From NCBI GenBank assembly GCA_905178155.1, contig CAJINV010000013.1, positions 2,112,281 through 2,176,280 on the forward strand: 64,000 nt of DNA, in the 5' to 3' direction. Origin of the DNA: Amoebophrya sp. A120 (Eukaryota; Protista; Dinoflagellata). Made by a program: the position numbers and the translations under genes. The notes below the pieces were generated by a model, which saw only the letters and a list, made by a program, of their open reading frames with translations, was not told where the DNA came from and did no database searches. Shown here piece by piece: positions 21,681 through 32,513 of the stretch. Each line of letters opens with the position of its first letter. Position 1 is the stretch's first letter.

Positions 21681-24615
21681 GTGTCGCCACTATCACGTCC
21701 TTCAGCGAGTTTTTGTATTCACGGCCCTCAGTAGTGCCGACAAATAATTAGGTGATGAGACAGCCCCAGGCGGCCGATGTCAGTTGATGCTGGTTTGCGT
21801 TTCTGTTGTGGTTGGTTGTTGGCTGCGGAGTGAGGAGTGAGATGTTGAGAGATGTACTGATGTGGGCCGAGAGTGGGAAGACCCTAAAGCTCTTAGATGT
21901 AGCCGCGCGCGCGGCAAGTGGATGATGACTTAGTTTGAAAGTTGGCGTTGATAGCTGTTGGCGTATCCTGATGTAGTTGAAAAGATGCCTCCAAAGAAGA
22001 GGAAGCCCGATTTCGGGGCCCCGAAGGCTGTGTCGCTGCAGAAGGATTTCACCGAGTCGAGCCATGTAAAGCTCTGGCTCGAGTACAAGGAGGCCGCCGG
22101 CCTAGTTGGGCAGACTGCGATCGATGACCTCCGTGAGTTCGCGGAGTACCTCCTCTCAGCTGAGAAGCCCTACAAGTCGACAAATGTCTACTTGTCGGCC
22201 GTGGTCGCGTTTGAGCTGGCGCGCAAGACCCTCGCGCAGGGTGTATTTTTCGAGCGGGAGTACAGTAGCCTCCGCGACTCGGTAAATAAGGAGCTGGCAC
22301 GCGGGGGGCTAGTCCCAACGGGGGCCCCGGTGTTGAGCGTGCGCGCGATGATGAAGTTGAGCCAGCAGGAGCGTCGCGGCTTTGTGTTGCCCCTCATGTT
22401 GGGGTGGCGTGACAGCAGCCTGCAAGCTCTCACGGTCGGCCACGTCGATGTCGTAGGTGGCGCCGTCCTGGTTACCTGCCCGAAGGACAAGGTCCGCACC
22501 TCTGTCAATCGGGTGGTGTCGATCCCCTGCTGCTGCGACGATAAGTGCCTGAACCACCTCTGTGTGCTACATGGCTGCTCGTATTTGGCGCCAAAACCGG
22601 GGGCGGTTTTCGAGGAGATCCTTCCACGGGTGCACCCGCAGGCTACCACGCACTCGCTGCGGAGGACGCTTGCTGTCCAGGTGCGACTTTGGTTGGTAGA
22701 CCTTGGGTATGCAGAGCTGGACGATGTTCCGCGGGCGGTGCTCGGGAGGATCAATACCCATTTCGGATGGACCTCCCGCTCGCTGATGTTCGAGCGATAC
22801 TCCCGTGATTTTGCGCACTACGCACCGGACTACCGGCTTCCGATCAGGCGGCTGGTAGAGGGGTTCATGGCCGGGTAGACGGGTTGCCCGCCATTGTCGA
22901 ACTAGGACAGCGAAAATCTCGACGATGTACCGGAGAAACATAAGGCTGTAGCAGTTTCTGATGAAGTAGTATTAGCAGTGGTAGGCTGAAGTAAGTGAGC
23001 AAGTACATATTTAGTAGGTTGATCCTTAGTGCATAGCATGGAGCATATGAAGAGTAAGCTGTATGACCATACGCAAAAGCACAGGGCAGCAGCCTGGTGC
23101 GCCCGAGGCGATGGGCCTGCTTTCGCCCTAGTTCTTCTATACGCATCCTGGTGTTCGATTGATCCACTATGTTCCTGTTTTTTGTGGACTGTTGGTATGC
23201 AGAGGTGTGGTGGAGATGTCGTCCGTAGTACAGAGCCAAAGTAGGTAGTCGCGCAGCCGTCCTTTGTGGCCGGGGCGAGGTCAACGGACCCACCCGGACG
23301 CTTTGGATGCCTGTCCCTGTGTATCTTCTTGTGCCTGAAGACGGAGGCGCGAGGACCTGCCTATAAATATATGATGTTGCGCTGTTGATGATTGAAAGTA
23401 CGCTCATGGTGCGTTGCGATGCAAAAACCATACGCGTGAGCGTGTGCCTCTCTACTCCCACCCTGATTTGCTGCCTCGCAGCGTGTTAGCTGACCTAAAG
23501 AGACAAGCACTGATCGCTGATCTGTACTAGTCAGTGCATCACATCGCGCACGAAGTACAAGATGCCACCCAAGAACCAGGGCCACGCCAATAAAGGCGCC
23601 AAGAAGCCTGCGAAAGGCGGCAAGCAGCCAGTGATGAAGGCTGCCCCTCCGGCGATGAAGAAAGTTGCGCCGAAGATGAAGAAAGTTGCGCCCACTGTGG
23701 CGCCCAAGGTGAACGCGGCCGCAAGTGTTGCAGTGGCGAGCGGAGCTGGTTCGAGCAAGGACCCGGCGCAGCATAGCAAGCCGCCGCTTGCGCTGGCCAG
23801 CGAGCCCCAGACGATGCACATCACGACGGGAAAAAAGGAGATCTCCCCGGAGGAGCGTGCCCTGCTGCTGGGCGAGCTGATGCTGGTTGACTACTCCATG
23901 AGCTCCCCGCTGGACCATGTTCTGCATGAAATTCCGCAGGACTCCTTGGCGCGGAAGTTCTTCAAGTTCCACCAGATGCTGAGTATTGGGGCGGTTGCTG
24001 GCGCCGATTGCTCGGAGGACCGCCACTACCTGGCGCTGTCGCAGCTGGACAAATCCTCGGTGAGGCAGCTGGTCAGTGCCGCGATTAGCGAAAAGCCGAA
24101 TCTGGTGCAGACGGTGAAGACGCAGTTTGCGGCCAAAATGAAGCAGAGCAGCGCCTACTACCAGATCTGTGACCAGACCGCCTGTCTGCAGTTGTATGGG
24201 ATGCTGCAGCCCGGCGTCTCTTTCGAGTTTTTGGCCGCATCCCCCCACTCACTTGGACTTGTTAGACAGCTGGGTAGAGAGTCTCTCGTAGTTTCTTTCT
24301 TCGGATAGGGTTTGCTGGTGTGAGCTGTGCTGGCGCGAAGATGTTCTTCCGCCGCGCGCGGACTTCCCCATGGGGGTTTACGCGTCTTGCGCCGCCGATC
24401 CTGCATGCAGCAGGCTTTGCGACGGCTGACCCTACGGGGGGTGATTTCGAGGCGCAGCACCTGCGCTACCAGTTTCAGTTGATCGCGCCAGAGAGCCAGC
24501 TGCCTGGTAGCAAGCTCTCCGCGGATTTCTTCCGGCGTGTGAAGGAGTACAAGTCCCACACAGACGCCCACCACACAGTGTCGCCACTATCACGTCCTTC
24601 AGCGAGTTTTTGTAT
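21681..24615 (+). mobile_element. Tyrosine-recombinase element bounded by exact 38-bp direct repeats (Crypton/DIRS-like, no RT seen)
   Basis: GTGTCGCCACTATCACGTCCTTCAGCGAGTTTTTGTAT at 21681-21718 and 24578-24615; two plus-strand ORFs in an otherwise minus-strand region. Confidence 0.8.
21985..22878 (+). CDS. Tyrosine recombinase / phage-integrase family protein
   Basis: Catalytic pattern LGWR(R)...PKDK(K)...HSLRR(HxxR)...HFGW...ERY(Y); NLS-like start MPPKKRK; intronless. Confidence 0.88.
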   Translation: MPPKKRKPDFGAPKAVSLQKDFTESSHVKLWLEYKEAAGLVGQTAIDDLREFAEYLLSAEKPYKSTNVYLSAVVAFELARKTLAQGVFFEREYSSLRDSVNKELARGGLVPTGAPVLSVRAMMKLSQQERRGFVLPLMLGWRDSSLQALTVGHVDVVGGAVLVTCPKDKVRTSVNRVVSIPCCCDDKCLNHLCVLHGCSYLAPKPGAVFEEILPRVHPQATTHSLRRTLAVQVRLWLVDLGYAELDDVPRAVLGRINTHFGWTSRSLMFERYSRDFAHYAPDYRLPIRRLVEGFMAG

Positions 24616-24622
24616 CAAATAA
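23562..24622 (+). CDS. Element-encoded protein with basic K/A/P/M-rich N-tail (ORF 23562-24308, possibly extended to 24622)
   Basis: AKKPAKGGK...MKAAPPAMKKVAPKMKKVAP followed by a predicted helical region; a 35-nt GT-AG intron (24274-24308) or a -1 frameshift would join ORF 24320-24622. Confidence 0.55.
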
Positions 24623-24666
24623 CTTCTTTCTTCGTTATGTTCAAGAATCATGATTGCCCTTTATGT

Positions 24667-26817
24667 TTATCTCTTCGTGAAATTCCCAAAAGGCCGAGCG
24701 TGTAAGACTTCCGCGACAGAGTCTGGGTCGCCAAAGAAGCCAACTTTGGAGACGGTGCCGGGAAAGTCAGGATCTTCGGCGTACCGCACGAGCGCTCCCC
24801 GTACCCTGAGAAGTACTCGCAGCAAATTGTCATCCGCGATGTCCGCGTCCGCAACAACATTTCCATTCACGTATTCGTACATGTACACGAGACACGACTC
24901 CCCACACATTCTGTGAAGCCCTGACGGCGCCTCGAAGACAGCTCGATCTGCAGAAGTCGCAGGCTCCGCGGCATAACTAAGAGAAAGACCTAGAGCGAGC
25001 CCTTCTATGACGCCTGACCATTCTGTTCGAGGGCCGTCCGCTGCGGGAGGAGGAGGTGTTGTAGATTTCATTGCGCCGTGCGGGTTTAGGAACTCCGGCC
25101 GGTGCGTGACTCTGAACATCCTGTACTGCGAGTGCGGGGCGTCCAGGTCTGGCGTGAAGCGGAGGAGAAACGGGTCCGCATTAGTCAGCGAGCTCCAGCG
25201 GCCACGCAACCCCGTCTTCCTTCCGTCGGAATCCACCTCGTCCAAGTCAAAGAGCGCGGTGACCGGCCTGACCAAAGCTCCCGGCGGCGGGTTTTCTAGC
25301 AGCCTCGGGTCAACGGCGAGTCCATCGGCTAACCGCTCTTCCGCGTCGAACTGGACATCGATCTCTCGAAATAACCGCTCCTCATGTAGGTCCACTATAG
25401 GAGTAGAGAATATTCGAGACCGCGCGGCTTCGACCAGCGCCTGCGCGCGTTCCCAGATACTGGATGAAGCATCGGGCGAGCGGCCGCCCGTCCTCGCGGG
25501 TTTTTCTTCTTGATCATGATGAGCGTGATGTTTTACTAAGCGCGCGCTTTTGAAACTCTGGTCCAGGTAAGAGAGGGGGGCGTTCCACGGGACGTAGTAG
25601 GGCCGCCCAAATACGGGGCAGAAGGCCGGCGGATTGCAAAGAGGCTCAGGACGAAGCCACGGGTTCCGGTGGAGGACATCATCGGACAAAGAGGACGCCG
25701 GCTCCCCAGCGCTGCACACACATCCTAGCAGGTCTCCGACTTTCACCACTGTGCGCTGCTGTTCTTCCTGTTCTTGGTGTAGTTGTGCGTGTTCTACTTC
25801 CTTCTGGTTCATCTGACCGGAGGTGGTCTTCAGGACAGATCCAGCAGTTTTTTGTACAAAGTCTGACGACTTAAGAAATTCATCTCCGCTTTTCTCTTCA
25901 ATTTCTGCCGATGATGCTGCAGCTTCTGACGCCGTTGAATTCAGAAACGAAGATTTTTCGCCATCAGCCTGGTGCAGCTCTTTGACTTTTACTTTTTCTA
26001 GTTGTGCCACAGTAGAAAAACTTGATGCCGCTTCCTTACTTGACGACGTTGCTGAACTTGTTCTACCGCCCCGTAGGTTCGGACGGTGATGCGGTGTGTT
26101 ATTTTCAAAAGGAGCTACATGATCTTCGCGATCCTTTTCAAGCGGCCGGTCGTGCGGTTCTGGCTTTTGTTCCGGCTTCTCAGACGCGACGTACTCCGCG
26201 TCCTCATCTTCAACAGGAACCTCGTCATCACCTTCATCCTCGCCGTCCACGCCTGTTGTTGTAGGAGGAGTTACTATCATGCTTCTAGTGCCTGCTGCCC
26301 CAACTTCAAGAGCGGCGCGCCCGGGCGTTGGCGCAGCGGCCTGGTTGGTGGGTGTTGTACTAGTACTCCCTTCGACGACGTCGAAGTAAAGTGCATCTTC
26401 AGGCGGCAGAGGAGTTCTGTAAGAACTTGTTGCGCGTACAGTTCTCGTACTTTTTCCTTCCCCTGCAGGAACATCGTCGTCAAAGAAGTCATCGGCCGTT
26501 GCTGGAGCTCCTGGATTCGTCCGCTCATCATGCCTTGGCAGCGTCTGCTCTTTGTGTAGTTTCTCGTTTGATGATGTCCTCGTGCTGCTGGTGGTTGTTT
26601 CCCGGCCAGCCTGCGTGTCGACGTCGCTTCGACTAGTTTCCCGAGTAGTCGCTCTGGTAAAGAGTAGCGTCTTCTGGTGCGGCGCACCAAGGAAGAAAAG
26701 GAGGAGCAAACAGAAGCGGGGGCGTGTAACAACGACCACGGTGGCTGTACAGGCGCTCGCCCCGGCACCAGCGCCGGCAGAGGACGTCGACATCCTTTCC
26801 CAGCGGGGGGCCAACAT
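24667..26817 (-). CDS. Hypothetical protein, 716 aa, hydrophobic N-terminal segment, low-complexity N half
   Basis: Long uninterrupted ORF; RPRFCLLLLFFLGA signal/TM-like stretch. Confidence 0.65.
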   Translation of the reverse strand: MLAPRWERMSTSSAGAGAGASACTATVVVVTRPRFCLLLLFFLGAPHQKTLLFTRATTRETSRSDVDTQAGRETTTSSTRTSSNEKLHKEQTLPRHDERTNPGAPATADDFFDDDVPAGEGKSTRTVRATSSYRTPLPPEDALYFDVVEGSTSTTPTNQAAAPTPGRAALEVGAAGTRSMIVTPPTTTGVDGEDEGDDEVPVEDEDAEYVASEKPEQKPEPHDRPLEKDREDHVAPFENNTPHHRPNLRGGRTSSATSSSKEAASSFSTVAQLEKVKVKELHQADGEKSSFLNSTASEAAASSAEIEEKSGDEFLKSSDFVQKTAGSVLKTTSGQMNQKEVEHAQLHQEQEEQQRTVVKVGDLLGCVCSAGEPASSLSDDVLHRNPWLRPEPLCNPPAFCPVFGRPYYVPWNAPLSYLDQSFKSARLVKHHAHHDQEEKPARTGGRSPDASSSIWERAQALVEAARSRIFSTPIVDLHEERLFREIDVQFDAEERLADGLAVDPRLLENPPPGALVRPVTALFDLDEVDSDGRKTGLRGRWSSLTNADPFLLRFTPDLDAPHSQYRMFRVTHRPEFLNPHGAMKSTTPPPPAADGPRTEWSGVIEGLALGLSLSYAAEPATSADRAVFEAPSGLHRMCGESCLVYMYEYVNGNVVADADIADDNLLRVLLRVRGALVRYAEDPDFPGTVSKVGFFGDPDSVAEVLHARPFGNFTKR

Positions 26818-27993
26818 CCTCGGATGGAATAAATAACAGCAGCGGTGGAGTAGATGTCTTCCTCCTAGTGTCTGCCGTGCTACGACGACCAGCAGGGAAG
26901 CTACATTAGCACATCGCAGTGGTTTTGTTGTTGCGGGAGCGAGGGGCGGTTCCGCAAGTAATGTTCGAACATCCTCACGCTACATAGAACATGTTTTGTC
27001 TCGATTCTTGATTCGCATTCCTCCCATTCTCAACTCCCTCCGCAACTACATTGGCCTCGGTTCATGCACTCTCTTATTTCACTCAAAGTCGCGCTCCTGC
27101 CTCACACGTCGTAGTTGCAGCAATCACGAGTCCGATTTACTATATTCAAAGCCGACAAAACTGGAACAGGCTTTCGCCTGCTGCAACCCGTACCATGTCG
27201 TCTGTTTCTCCGAGAAATTCTTGGAAAAAAGGAACAGCCCACCAGAACACTTTTTGCACTCATCTCACACCAAATTTCGCCGTCGTGGTAACGAGCCTTC
27301 AGTTTGCTATGTAATCCTTTGTTCCGTACAACTTGCTCGAGTACTAAATGTGCGCAAAAGTTTATCGACCGTATGTATTCCGGGCTGTTGCACAGTTCAT
27401 GTAGCAAACGAAGCTCCAGGAATCTTACGCATCGGACGTCATGATGCCACTGCTTTCTAAGTACAAAAATGTGAAGCCGAAGTCCCTATTCAGGAACGAA
27501 GATCGCGTGTTGCGTCTCGTCTTCAAGTTTCATTTTCACCTCGAACAAGCACCGAAATCCACCGTACGAGATTTTCACCTCGATATTATTGTGAAGCATA
27601 CAAAGTCAAATGATCGATCTAGAGCTAAAAACGGGAAGTTAAGTATGTCAAGCTCACACGTATACGGTGGCAAGCCAACATAAACATTTTGATTATCATG
27701 ATGAAACTGGGGTATACTTCCGCTTGAAGCACCTGCGTCAACTTCATGGAACGCATCTCGGATAGAGATCGTATTCATTTTCATCATGCCACGTGCATTA
27801 TGCTACGAAATAGATCTAATCTATCACATCAAAGGTCGTGCACGACCCAAAATTATCTCCAACTACCGCAATTTATTTTTCTCGATCTCCGGAACGAATA
27901 CGAAAAGCTACGCCATATGTTCTTGCAGTACACCAAACCATCAATATTAGTAAGTTCTGGCTTTAAAAAAACCAGTAGCAGATCCATTTCTAG

Positions 27994-30900
27994 CAGAAGA
28001 GTTTATAGAATCCCGGGTCCCAGGGTAGGGAGGACCAGGGAGGAGATTTTGCTATATAAAACCCAAAACCGAAAACCGAAAAATCAGAAAAACCCCAATC
28101 GCGGCGGTATGGTGCTCTTTAACAATTTGCGCGAGTTTTCCATGCGGAATATACTCAATCCTCATGGTAGTGCGATGTCGGGAATGCGGCGACAAAAGAC
28201 AAAGCTATAAGGCGACGCGATGGCAAAGGCAAAGCTACCCTACAAACGGACCGCGCAAAGCTTTTCAAAAATATTTCAACAATAAATTTCCAGCACATGC
28301 ACAAAATTTGCCCCTGATCCACATCCAACCGCCCCGGGCTTTGGACTGTTTTCTCCCCCGCGGGTTAGGCACCCTGCCCGCATTAATTCCAAGGTCTTTA
28401 CTCCCGTGCCACGCCGTCATGACTAAATAATGGCTATGCCTATTGAGTAATGTTCTGCAGGACACGGCGGCGCGGCGACCGATAAAGGAAAAGCAAGACC
28501 AAGACCCACGGCCCCTCTGGACCCGAACTACGCGAGAGGGCCCAGAGAAAGCCGCGCGCGGCAGGCCGGGCACGGCCCGCCCGGCTGTCACAACGGTGCC
28601 CATAGCATGGGCGCGCACATGGGGTGGATGCCCGGGCCGAGGCCCACTGCCGCCCAACTTTTGGCGGGCCCCACCCCTGCTCTTTTTGCCAGTCTTCTCA
28701 TTAGGGCGGCGGCATGCAGCTTCTCTGCTCCATCCTTCCTCGGGCCCTCGCCGGCAGTTCGGCCGCCGAGCTGGTTTGCCTGCGTGGGTGCGTGCCCACC
28801 GCCATTGCGACCGACCGGGCGAAGTCAGTCAGTCCAGTGGGCAAAATAAGTGGCGCCACCCTTCCTGCGGGCCCCTTCGCCCACGCACGCCTGTCCTGGG
28901 GCCGGCCCCTTTTTCGTGCCCGCCCGCGCGGGCGGGGCGCGCCACGCAGGCAGTTTCTGGCTAGGGCGCGGGCGGTACACCCGCACGCCGAGTGCGTGGG
29001 ACACACGCACGGGCCGGGCAATACAAGGAGCGAAGGCCCGGGGCCCCCGGCGAAATGGACGGGCGCGCGCCGGGGCGGACGGAGGCGGGCCAACAGGCCG
29101 CCTGGCTGCCCCGAAGCACAAGGCCGGCCAAAAGACTGCCATGGGGCGGCGCGGAGGGCAGGGCAGAAGCGAAAGCCGCCGGGGCGGGCTCGGACGGCAA
29201 AGGGCAGACTGGCCCGCCTCCCTGGCCGCGCTCTGCGGCGCACCCTTTCCCCGGGGCGGGCCAACGCCTCCAATATGCGGGCGCGCCTCCCGTGCGGCGG
29301 GCCCGGGCAGACGCACCAACGCGGAGGCCGCAAGGCGGGCCCCCCCGTTCTTCTTTTTTCTGGAAAAACTGGAAAGAGCACGGCAGGGGCCTCCCGAATA
29401 TCTCCCCGAAGCCTTCCCAAAATTTTCCAAAGCCAATAGAATGAAAAGCCAACGCAGAAAACACCCGGCGCCCCCTTGAAATACTTTCTTTCGGAAGCAC
29501 TCACTGCGCTGGGCCGCGGCGGGCCAAAGCCGCCCGGAGCCATTCCGGACCCCATCCCCAGCGAGCATAGCTACAAAAGAAGCCCGCGCCTATGCCGGGG
29601 CGGGAATGGAACACCACCAGCCCCCCTAGCCCGCCCGAATGAAATAGCCGCCGGGGCCTTGGGGCGACCGCGGGCGGTCGCTCGGGTTGGGCCGGGCGCT
29701 GCGCACAAGGCCGCGGAGGCCAGAGAGACGCTTGCCGCTTGCGGCCGGCCGCAAGAAGCCTCCGGGCTTCGCGCGCAAAAGCCAGCGGGCGCCGGGCCCC
29801 CGGCGCGCGGCTGTTCTTTCACTCTGCAACAAAAAACCGGCGGGGGGGCCTGGCCCGGGCAACTTCTAACGACCCACCCAAAGGGCGGCGCGGCCCACCC
29901 GGGGTGGCGCAGGGGCCAAAGCCCGGGCCCAGTCAAAAGCTAGCGCAGGGGGGGCCTTAGCCCCCGCCCCCGAGTTGCTTCGCCCGCGATCGCCAAAGAG
30001 CCGCAATACCCTACAGCACCAACGGACGCACCCACTGGCGCCGCGGCAAGGTCAGCGGGAGGTATTTGCGTGCGCCCGCTGCCATCCTGGCTCCTGGGCC
30101 AAGTCGCCTCCCCGCCGGCCTGCCATTTTGCCCGGTCGCGGGCGACCTCACTCGCGGGACGGACCTCCCGAAGGCTGGCCTGCAAAAACCGCGCGGGGCC
30201 CCGCCTTGCCACAACGCCCCCGCCCCGCGCTGCTCTGCCAACATCGCGCGCGCGGGGCGCTGGTGACCCCAAAAGGGCCACCGACACAACAAAGGGAGCG
30301 GGCGCCCCTGGGCATGGCGAAAAGCGCAAGACCCACGAAGGGCAGCCCTTTCGGTGTTTGTACTTAGTGCCAGGCGGCTCCAAATAAAATTGGGCCCGGC
30401 GGCGCGCCACGCCGGAGTGTCTTCCCAATGCCAAACGCGACGCGAGCTGGGCAGCCGAGGACACGGCACGCACAAACGGCGCCCCGGCTGGCGGGCAACA
30501 GACACGCCAAGAGCTTGGGGCTTTGGAAACTTTTTGGAAAGTGGGTGGGGAACTTGCGCTACCTAACAGGGGTCGCCACTTGTGCGCCCCTTGCTCTGCG
30601 CCATGCTCTACGAACAGAGAGCGCGTCTGGATTCAGCTCCCGGGAGCGAAGTCCAGCCTTCCTCCCTCGGACCCAACTCCCGGCGAAAACTGCACGGCGG
30701 CGCGACTTTTGGCGCCTGAGTTTTATGGCTATGGCGCTCGCCTGCGTGGCAGCTTGCCAAAGTCAACGGCTGGCAAGCTGTAGCGCACAAATGAGGCTGA
30801 GGGGCCAAGGAAGTGCGAAGCTGTTGAAGTGGCTTTCTCAACTCTCAGTAGCTTTATTCTCCTTCGTTTCTGCGTTACAAATGCAGAAATGAAGGACAAA

Positions 30901-32511
30901 AGAAACGCGAAGAGCTTTCTCCTGTCCTTCGTTTCTGCGTTACAAATTGCCATCATGATTGGCAAGCTGTAGCGCAGAAATGAAGGGCAAACTATTGAAG
31001 TGGCTACTCCAACTGTCCTCCATCGGAAGAAAGTTGAAAAAGTAGCCACTTCGATAACAACTGCATGACAAATTGCCACAGTAGTGGCAGTTGTTGAAAT
31101 TGAACAACAACACAAACGCGCTCAAATTATAGCCACTGCAGCAAGAATTATCTGCGTCGTTGTTCAGTTTGCAACTTGTCATGCAGCTTTTGATGAAGTG
31201 GCCACTTCAACTCTCCACCAGAGTGTCGTGAGCAGCTGCGTGACACGTTGCAAACTGAAGCTGGACAACGACGCCAATTGTTGAAGTGGCTATGTCAACA
31301 ATTTGCGTCGTGTGCGAACAAAAATTGTGAAAGTGGCCACTTCAACAATTCGGGTTCTGCGAATTGTTGAAGTGGCCACTTCAGCAATTCGGGTTGTGCA
31401 AAATGTTGAAATGGCCATTTCAACAAAACCCGAATTGCTGAAGTGGCCACTTCAACATTTTGCGCAATTATTTCAACAATTTGCACAACGCAAATTGTTG
31501 AAGTAGCCATTTCAACAATTTGCACAACCCAAATTGTTGAAGTGGCCACTTCAACAATTTGGGTTGTGCAAAGTGTTGAAGTGGCCACTTCACCAATTCG
31601 GGTTCTGCGAATTGTTGAAGTGGCCACTTCAACAATTCGGGTTCTGCGAATTGTTGAAGTGGCCATTTCAACAATTCGGGTTGCGCAAAATGTTGAAATG
31701 GCCATTTCAACAATTCGGGTTCTGCGAATTGTTGAAATGGCCATTTCAACAATTCGGGTTGTGCAAAATGTTGAAATGGCCATTTCAACAATTCGGGTTC
31801 TGCGAATTGTTGAAATAATTCGGGTCGTGCAAAATCTTGCAATGGCCATTTCAACAATTGCAATTCGGGTTTTGTTGAAGTGGCCACTTCAACACTTTGC
31901 ACAGCCCGAATTTTTGAAATGGCCACTTCAACAATTCGCAGAACCCGAATTGTTGAAGTGGCCACTTTCACATTTTTTATTTTTGTTCAATTTCAATAAA
32001 TTTTCACTATTGTGGCAATTTGTCATGCGCTTGCTATTCAAATGGCTACCTCAACTCTCCGCGAAGTTGAATTAGCCACTTCAACACAAGCTGCGTGACA
32101 CGTTGCAAACCCAAGCCGAACAACAACAAGAACGCAAATTGTTGAAGTGACTACTTCAAAAATTTGCACAGCGCAAGTTTTTGAAATGGCAACTTCAACA
32201 GTTTGCCTGTGCGAATTGAAGTAGCCACTTCCATAACAACTGCATGGCAAGTTGTAAACCGAACAACAACGCAAACTGTTGAAGTGGCTACTTCAGCAAT
32301 TTACTGCGTCGCTGTTCAATTTCGTTACGCAGTTGTTATTGGTATGGCTATCAGAAAGCTGAAGGGGCCTTGGCCCGAAAGTTCGCCATGCCATCGGTGA
32401 ACACATTTTGAAAAAATGCCCGATGCTTTTTCTATATAGACGCGAACGCTCCTCCCTGGTCCTCCCTGGTCCTCCAGGGTCCTCCCTACTCCCTGTCTAT
32501 AAATTTCTCTG
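27994..32511. mobile_element. 4.5-kb TIR element with 6-bp TSD TTCTAG, no recognisable intact transposase
   Basis: Left CAGAAGAGTTTATAG..GTAGGGAGGACCAGGGAGGAG..CTATATA mirrors right TATATAG..CTCCTCCCTGGTCCTCCC..CTATAAATTTCTCTG; TTCTAG at 27988-93 and 32512-17. Confidence 0.8.
30820..32300. repeat. Array of a 28-bp palindrome with ~39-bp period (core 31323-31968)
   Basis: AATTGTTGAAGTGGCCACTTCAACAATT perfect at 31610-31637, next unit at 31649; spacers CGGGTT(C/G)TGC(G/A). Confidence 0.92.
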
Positions 32512-32513
32512 TT

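Noticed and set aside
21985-22878. YR as the mobiliser of the TAT...ATA introners
   Set aside because: No shared sequence between the cassette and introner ends; TIRs with variable 5-bp TSDs fit DDE-type chemistry better. Not formally excluded.
28443-30566. Many overlapping R/G/A/P-rich ORFs
   Set aside because: Explained by stop-codon depletion in extremely GC-rich sequence; no domain motifs.
31323-31968. CRISPR-like array of palindromic repeats
   Set aside because: Spacers are only ~11 bp and near-identical, there are no cas genes, and the context is eukaryotic.
31295-32075. Repetitive ORFs (IVEVATST / LLKWPLQQF) on both strands
   Set aside because: By-products of a 39-bp palindromic tandem repeat.
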